From IMG/VR virus record IMGVR_UViG_3300044957_001172, positions 1 through 60,695 of that record: a stretch of 60,695 nt of DNA; one strand, 5' to 3'. Positions within the stretch are counted from its first letter, which is position 1, and each line of letters opens with the position of its first letter. A model generated the notes under the pieces. It ran no database searches and was not told where the DNA came from. It was given only the letters and a program-made list of their open reading frames with translations. Of this stretch, positions 50,101-59,739 are shown piece after piece. The translations under genes and the position numbers were made by a program. This DNA comes from a virus. Taxonomy: Duplodnaviria; Caudoviricetes.

Positions 50101-53100
50101 GGAAAAAGGATCCCTATAAATCTTACAGAAAATACTTCGACGGGTGTGCAAAATGCATTTGATCTATTATTAGCCAATAGATCATTTATTGTTGCAGAAA
50201 CTATTGCCTATATAAATTCTACATCAAATATCTTTATTTACAATAGAGAAAAATGTAGAAGAGATGTAGGAATTCTGGTAGAAAATATTGCATACGATGC
50301 AGCGTTTGGTGGCAATCAAAAATCAGTAGAAAGCGGGTTATCTTATTTTGACGGTGTTATAAGTAGAATTGCCGGTCAAGAAGTACAAACTATATCGGCG
50401 ATAGATTATCTTAACGAACTAGCAGAAAACATAATTGTAAATGTTACTTGTACAGATCTTTTACAGGTAAGTCCAGGTGTGACAACTGCTACTTATAAAC
50501 AAGTAATAAACACTGCTTTACAAGGAGGCAGTGTATCCAGTGATTCTATTAAATATCTAAAGAATATTATTACTACAATTATAGATAATGGACCTGCTGC
50601 GGCTCCGCAAGTTTATACAAGTCCTGGACCAGATAGTGCATTTATTTCTGCAGAGATACTAATTCAAGCAAATAGAAGTTTTATTCAACTTGAAACAATA
50701 AATTATATTAATCATGTTATTATTCCTTCAACAAATCCTGGATATTTTCCTTATAGCGAGATAAAATGCAGAAGAGATACCGGATTAATCATAGATGCAT
50801 TGGCTCAGGATCTCTTATACAATACATATTATCAAAATCATAGCAATAGTCAATCTACTTTTGCTGGGCTTCAATATTGGGAACAGGATTTTTATGTAGG
50901 AAATATCAAAAACCAACTAAATCCAACATTAGAAGCCGTAAAATATCTCAAGGACTTGAGTGTAAAAATTATACAAAATATTACACCAGATGATGATCTT
51001 ATTCTTAGATATCAAAATATTTCTATTCAAAATACTTCAACATATCAAGCAGCTACATCAGTAGAAGCTGACATAATTAGAAACAATTTCAATGTAATTA
51101 TAGAAATAATTGGAGGCAATAAAAAAGGATGGTCTGATAGAATAATTGCAAATGGAAGGGCCAGTAATATTCAGAGTAAAATAAATGCATTTAATAATTT
51201 GAGATTAAATGCTGCCTATCTAGGAGCAGAAGTAAATGCTTTTATTCAAGCTACCAATTGGGGATTTAGCTATGACACCAACAAATGTGCTAGAGATGTA
51301 GCATATATGGTAGATGCTGTGGCATTTGATATGCTTCACGGTGGTAACAGACAAAGTGTGCAAAACGGGCTATATTATTATGGATTCAGCACTTTAGATT
51401 CCAATGTATATAATGAGACAACACAAACTATAGCTGCATTTAATTATTTAGGCACAATTATAGGACAAGTCATCCAAAATCAAAATGTAACTGCAAAGCA
51501 AAAAGAATTTAAGCAAATTTTTAGTTCAACTACAGCTACTATTGCTGAAGCAACAGCCATTACAAATAGTGTTAATACTATTACAAGTATTATAAATCTA
51601 GGACCTTCAGTTGCATCATTGCCTCGTGCAATAGCTATGACGGCTAGTTCCACTGCCTCAGTATTAACAGCATATGAACTGATTTACTCAAACAAACAAT
51701 TTTTAATTGAAGAAACTATTGCCTTTATAGATGAAACATACAATTCTGGCAAATTCAATTATAATGAAGCCAAGTGTTATAGAGATGTTGGATTAATTCT
51801 AGATGCAGTAACACAGGATATAATTTTAGGTGGTAATAGTAAAAGTATAGAAGCAGGAGTATCATATTGGTCAGGCGGATACAATTCCATTGCAGGACAA
51901 GAAAGCACTACTACTCTTGCTATGAACAGAGCAAGAGATGTTGCATTAGCAGTTGCTAGTAACATCGCTGTAACTGCTACAACAGGAACAATAATTCAAC
52001 AAATAATAAATCCATTTTTTGACTACGGATATGAATATGGCCCGCAAGAAGCAATTAAAAGAAACTTTAAAATAATTACAGATATCATAGAGAAAGGCCC
52101 TTTATATGCGCCTCCGATTTATGCAGGTGGTGGATTATTTTCATTAGTTGGTATAAATGGAGCAGATGTTAAATTAAGTCCTAGGGTAGTTTCGTTTCAA
52201 ACAATCACAAACAATACTTATAGAATTGGTTTAGATACGCCAACTATTGGCTTTGGAAATAATGCAACACTTTATTTTGGAGAAAGTTTAATTTTTCCTT
52301 ATAGAGATAAGCAAGTAGATATTTTTAGTTATGAATACACAGGAAATACCTCAACTTGGGCTCAAAGAAAGATTGATCCTATAGGAAGTATGGGCGGAAG
52401 TCTTGTTGACGGCGGTGTTATTAGTGATAGAAGTCCTATTCAATCTTTTGTTTACGATGCATTTACTCAGGTTAATCAAGGTGGAAGAGGAATACATATT
52501 ATTAGAGACGGATATGCTCAGCTAGTATCTGTGTTTACTATTTTTTGTTCAATTGGTGTAGAGGTAGATTCAGGCGGAATCGCTTCTATCGTTAATAGTA
52601 ATGCTAATTTTGGAACGATTTGTTTACAGGCTAAAGGTTATGGAAAGAGAAAGTTTTCAGGGCATGTTTATAATCCCAGCTACAAATCATACCCTGAAAG
52701 TCCACAAATTCCTGGATCAGATTACCTTGACCAATATTATCCAAGCGGATTTTGGCCAAACGAAGCAAGGGTTATGATATTCTTACCCGACCTTGATGAT
52801 AGACCTCATATTTCTCTAGTTATGGAAATAGAAGCTCCTGAAACTGTTAGAGATTTTACAGGCAAACTTCTTCCACAACTGAACGAACAAGGTTTTCCCG
52901 GATTTCTCAATGCTAATCCAACAACGAGTTCATTGACAACAGGAAGTATTATAATAAGTCCTATCAATACCGATGGTATTTACATTGGTAATAGAGTCTA
53001 CATAAGGGATCAATTCGGAAAAACAACCAGTACAAATATTGATTCAAATGGTAATTTTATTCCTTATAGTGATGATGATACATTTGTTACAAATGTAGAG

Positions 53101-54225
53101 TTTAAATCGGTGACATTAAGTAAACCTTTAACATCTGGTGGTTCAGATCCCGATAATACAGCACTTACTATTAATGATAATTACTTTGATTTATATTTCT
53201 GTGGAAATAGTTATTATACCGTACTAAGCAGTGAAATAGGAAACAATCCACAATATAATAAACAAAATGATCTTATTCCTGACGGAATAAATATTTTAAG
53301 TCCTCAACATTTAGGATTATCTGTGGGACAGGTGCAACCACATATTGATGCTATGACGCATCTTAATACTCTAACAAATAGAGTGATAAGCAATACAGCT
53401 ATATCTAGTATGCAAACCGGTACTAACACCACAACTCAGTTTATAAACTTACTGATAAATGAAGGTGCTTTAGCAACAGCATTTATTAACCTTAGATTTG
53501 CTGACATGATTAACATTATAGGTGCAGCCAATTTAACAGCAGCAGAAAATATTGTCAGGCCTTCACTGAGAAAAACTATAGGTCCTGCTGTACAAGGAGC
53601 AGGGGCTGCGGTGTCATTGATAGAGGCCAACATAGAATTTTTAGCAGATGAAGTTGCTGCCTACACAGAATATTACAACTGGGGATCTGGTGGTTCTACT
53701 CTGGCAACATATACGGATGACTACAAAGAACTTATTAAAGTTAAATGCCAGAGGGATACTAAAATTATTCTACGAAGATTAATATATGATATTCAAGCAG
53801 GTAGCAATTATAATATGGTAATGGCAGGTTTAAGTTATTGGAGACGACAAGGCACCTATCATATAGTTCAATTAGGTGAAAATATAACAAGAACTGATAA
53901 ATTTCCAGACGGGGCTATAGTTAACTTTTATCAGAGAAGTTATATGAGTGCTTCAGGTTATGTATTTGAATATGTAGGAGCTGGTATAGATTATGGAGCA
54001 CTTCCTCAAAGAGGTGTAGCAGATCCTAAGACAGACCAAGAAGTTGTACAATTAAATAGTGGTAAAGTATTCTTTACGACAACTGATCAAAATGGGGATT
54101 TTAGAATTGGTCCTGAGTTGGTCATAAGTCAGGCAACTGGAGTTTTAAGTGGACGAACATTTACACGTTCATTATTTGCTAATTTAACACCGTTTATTTT
54201 AGCGATTGAATCAGGCGGAGGCTAA
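47194..54225 (+). CDS. Large virion appendage protein: octad repeats, pectate-lyase-like beta-helix, tandem helical C-x-R-D repeats
   Basis: 2343 aa; YVTMDGND.NDG...RT...A and SPYVQNCT beta-helix motifs; seven (K/T)C.RD motifs; TAAATA and AAGGA upstream. Confidence 0.75.
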   Translation: MSTNVLKLPGNYKLLALNGSIYIESLQEMTHISGGYIYNEAQDYIKNQSGQFIENLADSYINNEAQQYIINRAVGDYIENKAGSYIFNKTDNQYIKNEAGDYIENLANSYINNEATSYIKNIVLGGYIKNEAGQEIENLAGAFILNESSTYIDNKSGDYFNVEAGGFIKLVSLTDDITLISPSLIEFDSQTIKIGISDGQQVDPKAQFINDLIPAESETYDFGTENNRWNNLYIEQVKSYSEENVQNPYFRPFDPTDVYGATPGNTAQIETANAQREASGTFFKGGIGIQKDLNVGGFIYGRIEIASTSLSVNVTSTNVNLDFYPTFALNTGNQFLFIDSTGLYGGLTYNPSQGLLTTDKARIASTQTAISTMSAALTITGGVGVGQDIVIGNGAFPREGNTGTIGKETLEWADAYVNNLYTKFITNTNSNITIAPATELTEIIGDIRVRGVNPIGTHPVVSNTLYVTMDGNDTNDGRALDASRACRTVGGAIKSPYFKEGTQILVSAGFYLEDNPIRLKPYTSVRGSDIRTTFLEPINKTQDLFHLESGCYLNYMTFLNGRSGLLEGPYESGFNRGAYATAFPPLEQNQRIDLFHSPYVQNCTNQSGPWLRDGTMFIPNQTVQVPVAVGTGSWAANTSSIVVKISSGTVELGMAINAGQQNPGFFNARTLLLANKPFIQEQVVTYVDETFNSGNFVYDQAKCARDTGLLIDSIAIDLLQDSTSESIFAGLQYWRQSGYVDAIGSQITTTTAAINFLKTQAAATVNNIAASQVNSVSARFDEILEILNTNTNSLSNGNFAEWISNKIISNYTASTISAVLNGYYALVNNRTTITNAVINFVKTTYPSYPLNTATCIRDTGYIIDSVAFDLLHGGNKQSVKTGVYYFGYTNNTSEVSGEVPQTITAYRFLKGIIKQVVQGKPVTTKYQNSVNQVIAGLNSATFYEADVLGDRLDLITEIIRNGPDEYQAVGKRIPINLTENTSTGVQNAFDLLLANRSFIVAETIAYINSTSNIFIYNREKCRRDVGILVENIAYDAAFGGNQKSVESGLSYFDGVISRIAGQEVQTISAIDYLNELAENIIVNVTCTDLLQVSPGVTTATYKQVINTALQGGSVSSDSIKYLKNIITTIIDNGPAAAPQVYTSPGPDSAFISAEILIQANRSFIQLETINYINHVIIPSTNPGYFPYSEIKCRRDTGLIIDALAQDLLYNTYYQNHSNSQSTFAGLQYWEQDFYVGNIKNQLNPTLEAVKYLKDLSVKIIQNITPDDDLILRYQNISIQNTSTYQAATSVEADIIRNNFNVIIEIIGGNKKGWSDRIIANGRASNIQSKINAFNNLRLNAAYLGAEVNAFIQATNWGFSYDTNKCARDVAYMVDAVAFDMLHGGNRQSVQNGLYYYGFSTLDSNVYNETTQTIAAFNYLGTIIGQVIQNQNVTAKQKEFKQIFSSTTATIAEATAITNSVNTITSIINLGPSVASLPRAIAMTASSTASVLTAYELIYSNKQFLIEETIAFIDETYNSGKFNYNEAKCYRDVGLILDAVTQDIILGGNSKSIEAGVSYWSGGYNSIAGQESTTTLAMNRARDVALAVASNIAVTATTGTIIQQIINPFFDYGYEYGPQEAIKRNFKIITDIIEKGPLYAPPIYAGGGLFSLVGINGADVKLSPRVVSFQTITNNTYRIGLDTPTIGFGNNATLYFGESLIFPYRDKQVDIFSYEYTGNTSTWAQRKIDPIGSMGGSLVDGGVISDRSPIQSFVYDAFTQVNQGGRGIHIIRDGYAQLVSVFTIFCSIGVEVDSGGIASIVNSNANFGTICLQAKGYGKRKFSGHVYNPSYKSYPESPQIPGSDYLDQYYPSGFWPNEARVMIFLPDLDDRPHISLVMEIEAPETVRDFTGKLLPQLNEQGFPGFLNANPTTSSLTTGSIIISPINTDGIYIGNRVYIRDQFGKTTSTNIDSNGNFIPYSDDDTFVTNVEFKSVTLSKPLTSGGSDPDNTALTINDNYFDLYFCGNSYYTVLSSEIGNNPQYNKQNDLIPDGINILSPQHLGLSVGQVQPHIDAMTHLNTLTNRVISNTAISSMQTGTNTTTQFINLLINEGALATAFINLRFADMINIIGAANLTAAENIVRPSLRKTIGPAVQGAGAAVSLIEANIEFLADEVAAYTEYYNWGSGGSTLATYTDDYKELIKVKCQRDTKIILRRLIYDIQAGSNYNMVMAGLSYWRRQGTYHIVQLGENITRTDKFPDGAIVNFYQRSYMSASGYVFEYVGAGIDYGALPQRGVADPKTDQEVVQLNSGKVFFTTTDQNGDFRIGPELVISQATGVLSGRTFTRSLFANLTPFILAIESGGG

Positions 54226-54236
54226 TAAGAAATATT

Positions 54237-54647
54237 ATGGCATTAATTCCATTAAATTCGTTTAAAACAAAAACATCTGTATTAAATTCAAGTACGGTTT
54301 ATTTTACACCCACACCTGGAAATACAAGCACGGTTTATACTGCTCCTATTGGTGTGACAAGTATTGTCCTTATGGCACAATGTGCAAATTTAACGAGTAC
54401 AACACAATTTGTAAATTTTATACATCATAGAAATAGACCAATTCTTGCAGATGCTCAAGGGAATGGAGCTCAAGCAGCAAATGTTGATAGTTTTATTGTT
54501 AAAAACTTTGCCATTCCTGAAGGAGATGCGGCTACGGTATTAGGAGGTAAACTGATTATTGAAAGTTTGGATAGTATCAGAGCGTTTGGTAATAATAGTG
54601 GTACCATACAATTAATATTAAGTATATTAGAAACTGCAAATAATTAA
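54237..54647 (+). CDS. Small virion structural protein
   Basis: 136 aa; VYTAPIGVTSIVLMAQ...GKL..E..D.I motif. Confidence 0.6.
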   Translation: MALIPLNSFKTKTSVLNSSTVYFTPTPGNTSTVYTAPIGVTSIVLMAQCANLTSTTQFVNFIHHRNRPILADAQGNGAQAANVDSFIVKNFAIPEGDAATVLGGKLIIESLDSIRAFGNNSGTIQLILSILETANN

Positions 54648-54658
54648 TAGAGATAATA

Positions 54659-56350
54659 ATGCCTAAATTATTGAGTGGATCAACATTACGAAAAGGAAAA
54701 AGTGGAGAATTTTTAGATCTCTCTAATGCGCAACCTCAATTACCTGCATCAGAAACTACATTAACAGGATTTACCATAGCTACAGACTCACTTCTAAGAA
54801 CAAGTTATAAAACAAGTTTAGGATTTGTTGGATTTACTACAGGTACAATGTTTAGTCTATTACCTGAAGGCACCATTAGAGTTCTAGCTACAGGATCATC
54901 ATTTTTATCAACATCAACAAGTTCTGGTAATTTTGTTGTACAAGGTGGTATAGGTATCGGCGGAAACATGCATGTAGAAGATGACATTGTAGTAAGTAGA
55001 CTTACAATAGGAACAGGTTATGAAGGTAAAAATAACATTGTTTTTAGAAATACTGAAAGTACAGCAATATCTGGATTCGAAGATGGTCAAAACAGCATTG
55101 CTATAGGATATGATGTACTCAACGGTCTAATAACTGCAAACAAGGTAATTGCTATGGGCCGTAGAGCGTTAAGTTCAGGTACCGACATAAGCAATACAAT
55201 AGCGATAGGTGATAGTGCTTTAGCTTTGATGGGAACAAATAATTTTCCATTTTTAGCTACTATTACTAGTGTAACGCTTACAGCAGCTACATCTATAACA
55301 AATATTACAAATACATCACCTATGGTGATTACATCTCCGTTACATAATTTAACAACTGGTTATCAAATTATGATATCTGGAGTTAATGGAATAAGCACAG
55401 CATCTGGGGCACCTAGTATTGTTAATCAAACAAGTTATTGGGTAGATGTTTTGTCTGCAAATACATTCAGCCTATATGCTAATAAACAAAGAACTATTTA
55501 TGCTAACGGATCTACAACTACTTATCAAGGTTCTATAATATCTTTGACAAATTATGTTTCAGGTGGAACGGTGATTTCACCTGTACAAGTAACGGTTCAA
55601 TCTAATCATAATATATCTACAGGTACAAGAGTTTATTTAAACAATATAGTAGGTACTACGCAGTTAAATCAAAGAAACTTTTTTGTTGAAGTAATTAGCT
55701 CTTTAACATTAACTTTATTTAATAACAGCATTTTAGTGCTTCCTGAAAATGGAACAGGATACACATCATATATCTCTAGTGGTACGATATATAGATATGT
55801 TGCAAACGATAATAATATTGCATTAGGAATCAATACTGCACCAGTATTACAAAACGGAGATAGTAATTTCTTTTTTGGTAATAATTTAGTAACTTCAATG
55901 ATAACTGGATCTAATAATACTTTTATAGGACATAATGTTGGAGCTAATTTAACTAACGTTAACGGAACAATAGCGTTAGGTGGTGATAATCTTGTAGATA
56001 ACAAAGATAATCAAATTAACATTGGAAGTGTTTTTTATTATGACGGAGCAGGTAATAGTGATTGGAATTCAGATGTAAGATTAGGATTAGGAACAGCATC
56101 TATAGGAACAGATACAGGTGCATTAGTTGTGATAGGAGGTATGGCGGTGCAAGGCGCTGTATATTCACATATTGTAGGTAATCCAAATGAAAACTTTTTG
56201 CTTCATTCCCAAACCACCACAATAACCACAGGAACTCCACCAGTTTATCCTAGAGTTAATGACATTTGGATTGATGCCAGCATTCCTGCCTTTTTTCAAT
56301 ACGTACGAGACGGTACTGACACTTTTTGGATTCAAATTAGCACAATTTAA
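54659..56350 (+). CDS. Tail fibre-like protein
   Basis: STSTSSG..VV.GG.GIGG fibre motif, adhesin-like N.IA.G repeats, two IT.P.VIT...H.L.TG..(I/V).(I/L)...G modules. Confidence 0.6.
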   Translation: MPKLLSGSTLRKGKSGEFLDLSNAQPQLPASETTLTGFTIATDSLLRTSYKTSLGFVGFTTGTMFSLLPEGTIRVLATGSSFLSTSTSSGNFVVQGGIGIGGNMHVEDDIVVSRLTIGTGYEGKNNIVFRNTESTAISGFEDGQNSIAIGYDVLNGLITANKVIAMGRRALSSGTDISNTIAIGDSALALMGTNNFPFLATITSVTLTAATSITNITNTSPMVITSPLHNLTTGYQIMISGVNGISTASGAPSIVNQTSYWVDVLSANTFSLYANKQRTIYANGSTTTYQGSIISLTNYVSGGTVISPVQVTVQSNHNISTGTRVYLNNIVGTTQLNQRNFFVEVISSLTLTLFNNSILVLPENGTGYTSYISSGTIYRYVANDNNIALGINTAPVLQNGDSNFFFGNNLVTSMITGSNNTFIGHNVGANLTNVNGTIALGGDNLVDNKDNQINIGSVFYYDGAGNSDWNSDVRLGLGTASIGTDTGALVVIGGMAVQGAVYSHIVGNPNENFLLHSQTTTITTGTPPVYPRVNDIWIDASIPAFFQYVRDGTDTFWIQISTI

Positions 56351-56361
56351 AGAGATAAACT

Positions 56362-57399
56362 ATGGCTATATTAAATTTTCCACAAAATCCTGCTGTAGGA
56401 GATTATGCTACTATAGGAAGTACTCAATATATTTACAATGGCAAAGCCTGGGTAGCAATTAAAAACATATCGTGGAATAGCGCCACAGGAGGCAGTTTAA
56501 TAATAACCACCGAAACAAATGCAGTATCTGTTACAACAGGAGGTGCTCTAACTATTAAAGGAGGAGCATCTATTGGCAAAGATTTATATATAGGTGGACA
56601 GATTATAGGTAGTGGTATATTTTCAGGAGGAACTGGAATAGGTTCTGTTAGTGGAGATACCGCTACATTTAAGACTATATTTGCTACGGGAGGAATTGAT
56701 TCTTTTAGTTCAACAACAGGTGATTTAATTGTTACAGGCGGAATAGGTGTAGGAGGAAATGTTTTTGTTGGAGGAGTTTTATTTTCAGATGGAGCACCAG
56801 TTCTAACAACAGCTAGTTTTAACGCCTCTTTGCAGGACGGTGCAGATATTGATATTACAGACATTGGAGGTGGGTATATAGAAATTAATAATATTTCTAC
56901 TTTAGAAAGTACTACTTTACGAGGGAATTCAACACCTTATCCTATAAAATTAACAAATACAGCAACATCTACCTCTACAACTACAGGGGCGTTAATAGTA
57001 ACTGGAGGTGCAGGATTTGGTGGAAGAATAAATTCAGAATCACTAAGAATAACTGATACAATTTTTGACTCCACAGTACAAATTACAACTTCAACAATTC
57101 CTACAATAATAGACCAGTATTCTTTTGGCCAATTTAGATCTGCAAAATATTTAGTCCAGATAGACGAAGGAAATCTAATAGGTCATAGAGCGCAAGTAAC
57201 TGAATTGTTAACTTTAGTGTCTAATTCTGGAACTGTGATTATTACAGAGTACGGATCTGTAATGACAGATGGTGACCTAGGAAATTTTGATGCATTGGTC
57301 ACAAACGACTTAGGTGACATAGTTGTAAAGTTATATTTTATAGCCTCAGATGCGACAGCTAAAACGATAAAACTATTGCGAACTGGTATGGCAAAATAA
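56362..57399 (+). CDS. Tail fibre-like protein
   Basis: Three STTTGAL.V.GG.G repeats; C-terminal IDQYS...FRSAKYLVQI domain. Confidence 0.65.
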   Translation: MAILNFPQNPAVGDYATIGSTQYIYNGKAWVAIKNISWNSATGGSLIITTETNAVSVTTGGALTIKGGASIGKDLYIGGQIIGSGIFSGGTGIGSVSGDTATFKTIFATGGIDSFSSTTGDLIVTGGIGVGGNVFVGGVLFSDGAPVLTTASFNASLQDGADIDITDIGGGYIEINNISTLESTTLRGNSTPYPIKLTNTATSTSTTTGALIVTGGAGFGGRINSESLRITDTIFDSTVQITTSTIPTIIDQYSFGQFRSAKYLVQIDEGNLIGHRAQVTELLTLVSNSGTVIITEYGSVMTDGDLGNFDALVTNDLGDIVVKLYFIASDATAKTIKLLRTGMAK

Positions 57400-57411
57400 G
57401 AAGCCAAATCA

Positions 57412-59694
57412 ATGACATTTTCTCAAAGCAAAGATTTTGTAACAAAAAATGGTTTAATAACTGAAGGAACTAGTTCAGTAACAAGTTCTACAGGTAATGT
57501 CAATGCCATACAATCCGATGGAGGTATTGCTGCTGCAAAAAATTTAATCGTAGGAACAACAGCCACAATATATGGACCAATTGAAACATTTAGCACTGCA
57601 TCAGTATTAGATCTCTTAGTTAAGGATGTATTTGTTTCTGGAACAATATATGGAAAGGTAGCACAAGTTGTTAATACAGCTACTAATCTTGCATTGGGAT
57701 CTACAGGGCAGATCCCATTTCAAAAAAATCCTTCTATAACGGGATTTTTTGGTCCAGGACAAACAGGAACAGTGTTAGTAAGTCAAGGCCAAAGCAATAC
57801 AGGTCCAGTTTTTCAAAATACTTTGACTTTATCAGGTATAACAGATTCGTCATCTACACAAACAGGCGCTTTTCAGGTTTTAGGTGGTGCAGGTATTGGA
57901 GGTAGGTTATTTGCAACTGAAATTCATACTCCTATAGGATTTAACACTTTACCAACGTTATATGATATTAGCGGTAATAAAATTCATGCTAATTCTGCAA
58001 TTAATATAGGTACACAATCTGGCGGTGCTATTTATTTCGGAGATGAAATTACTCCTGCTGTGATTTCAGGATCTCCTACAATTTACGGACATATAAGTGC
58101 ATATTTTAATAATGATTTAATAAATTATCAACTTTTTTATGGAACAAAAGATGGACTTGTAATAGGAAATGGAACTACACCTACGGCTAAAATAGATATT
58201 AGAGGTGATGCTGTAATTTCAGGTATTACAACAATAACAAATGTAACCAATTCAACATCATCGTTTACCGGAGCGCTAATTGTTTTTGGTGGTGTTGCAA
58301 TACAAAAAGAACTAAGAGTTACTGAAAAAATTTATGGCATATCAACTGGATCAGATTTTGCTTCTCGCTCTTTTACAGCAACAAATATAGATGGTGGTGA
58401 AATTGGATCGATTCCTATTCAAACTACCTATGGAAACACAACATTTATCCCTCTTGGACCAAATGGATATGTTTTAACAGCATCATACAATACAGCCTCT
58501 TGGATTGCTTCTTCAAATATTGCATCAGGATTGGCAATTACAGCTACAAATTTAGCTGCCGGATCACCAGGTCAAATTCCGTTTCAATATAATGTAGGAC
58601 AAACTAATTTTTTTGGTCCTGGAACATCGGGAAACGTTTTAATAAGTCAAGGCAATGTTGCAACAGGTCCAATTTTTTCAAATACTTTAACATTATCAGG
58701 AACAATAGAGTCAAATGGTACAGACACAGGTGCATTAAGAGTTTTTGGTGGAGTAGGGATAGCTAAGAATTTATATGTTGGCGGAAATAGTGAGATATTA
58801 GGAAATATAAAAAACAATAGCACTTTGTCAAGTATATTTACTGCTTCAGATAATTCTTTATATATAAAAGGCGGTGCTTGGATTGGAAAAACATTAGTTG
58901 TTGAAGACACAGCTTTTTTTCACAATGGCATTACGGTAAATGGCACAGCTACCAATGTTTATTCAACTAATACAGTTTATACAGATAATTTATTACAATT
59001 ACATGTTTGGCCCAACGATACGCTACCTAATAATCTATGGGAATATGATGATGGAAAAGATATAGGATTAATCTTTAACTATTATAAGTCAAACAATAAG
59101 AATGCATTTTTAGGGTTAAATAATTCTAGCCAATATTTAGAATGGTATAGTAACGGAAATGAAAGCCAAGGTTTTTTTACAGCCACTGAATACGGAACTT
59201 TTAGAACAGGGGCGATCAAACTTGTAGGCGGTCAAGCAAATACTGGAAATACGTCTACTGGCGATTTACAAGTTTTAGGCGGAGTTGGAATTCATAATAA
59301 TTTATTTGTTGAAGGAACAACAGTATTAGGCAAGATTGCATCAAGTTCTATGATAGAAGCATACAGCAGTAATAATCATCAGGTTGTTTCTTTCACTAGT
59401 AATCCTATAACTAATTCAATTCAAACAGTACTAGATTCATTTAGTGTCAGTACTTACAGAACAGCCAAATACCTAATTCAAATTGTGGACCAAAATTTTA
59501 TTCATGCGCAAGAAATTTTAATTACACATATGAATGGATTTGTGTATAAAACAGAATATGATATTATTTCAAATGATAACGAATTAGGCACTTTTGATGC
59601 AGATATTTCTAACGGAGCCTGCAGATTGTTATTTAAAGCAATCAGTCCTACTTCTTTAGTTGTTAAAATTCATAGAACTACTTTGAGTTTATAA
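57412..59694 (+). CDS. Tail fibre-like protein
   Basis: DFVTKNGL start, ATNL..G..GQIPFQ repeats, TGAL.V.GGVGI repeats, C-terminal LDSFS...YRTAKYLIQI domain. Confidence 0.65.
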   Translation: MTFSQSKDFVTKNGLITEGTSSVTSSTGNVNAIQSDGGIAAAKNLIVGTTATIYGPIETFSTASVLDLLVKDVFVSGTIYGKVAQVVNTATNLALGSTGQIPFQKNPSITGFFGPGQTGTVLVSQGQSNTGPVFQNTLTLSGITDSSSTQTGAFQVLGGAGIGGRLFATEIHTPIGFNTLPTLYDISGNKIHANSAINIGTQSGGAIYFGDEITPAVISGSPTIYGHISAYFNNDLINYQLFYGTKDGLVIGNGTTPTAKIDIRGDAVISGITTITNVTNSTSSFTGALIVFGGVAIQKELRVTEKIYGISTGSDFASRSFTATNIDGGEIGSIPIQTTYGNTTFIPLGPNGYVLTASYNTASWIASSNIASGLAITATNLAAGSPGQIPFQYNVGQTNFFGPGTSGNVLISQGNVATGPIFSNTLTLSGTIESNGTDTGALRVFGGVGIAKNLYVGGNSEILGNIKNNSTLSSIFTASDNSLYIKGGAWIGKTLVVEDTAFFHNGITVNGTATNVYSTNTVYTDNLLQLHVWPNDTLPNNLWEYDDGKDIGLIFNYYKSNNKNAFLGLNNSSQYLEWYSNGNESQGFFTATEYGTFRTGAIKLVGGQANTGNTSTGDLQVLGGVGIHNNLFVEGTTVLGKIASSSMIEAYSSNNHQVVSFTSNPITNSIQTVLDSFSVSTYRTAKYLIQIVDQNFIHAQEILITHMNGFVYKTEYDIISNDNELGTFDADISNGACRLLFKAISPTSLVVKIHRTTLSL

Positions 59695-59739
59695 TAAAAA
59701 AATATTAACAAAATTATGGCTTTAATGTAAGAGAAAAAT

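Noticed and set aside
2840-58910. Numerous 60-145-aa ORFs antisense to or nested in large genes
   Set aside because: They overlap well-supported genes and show no recognisable motifs
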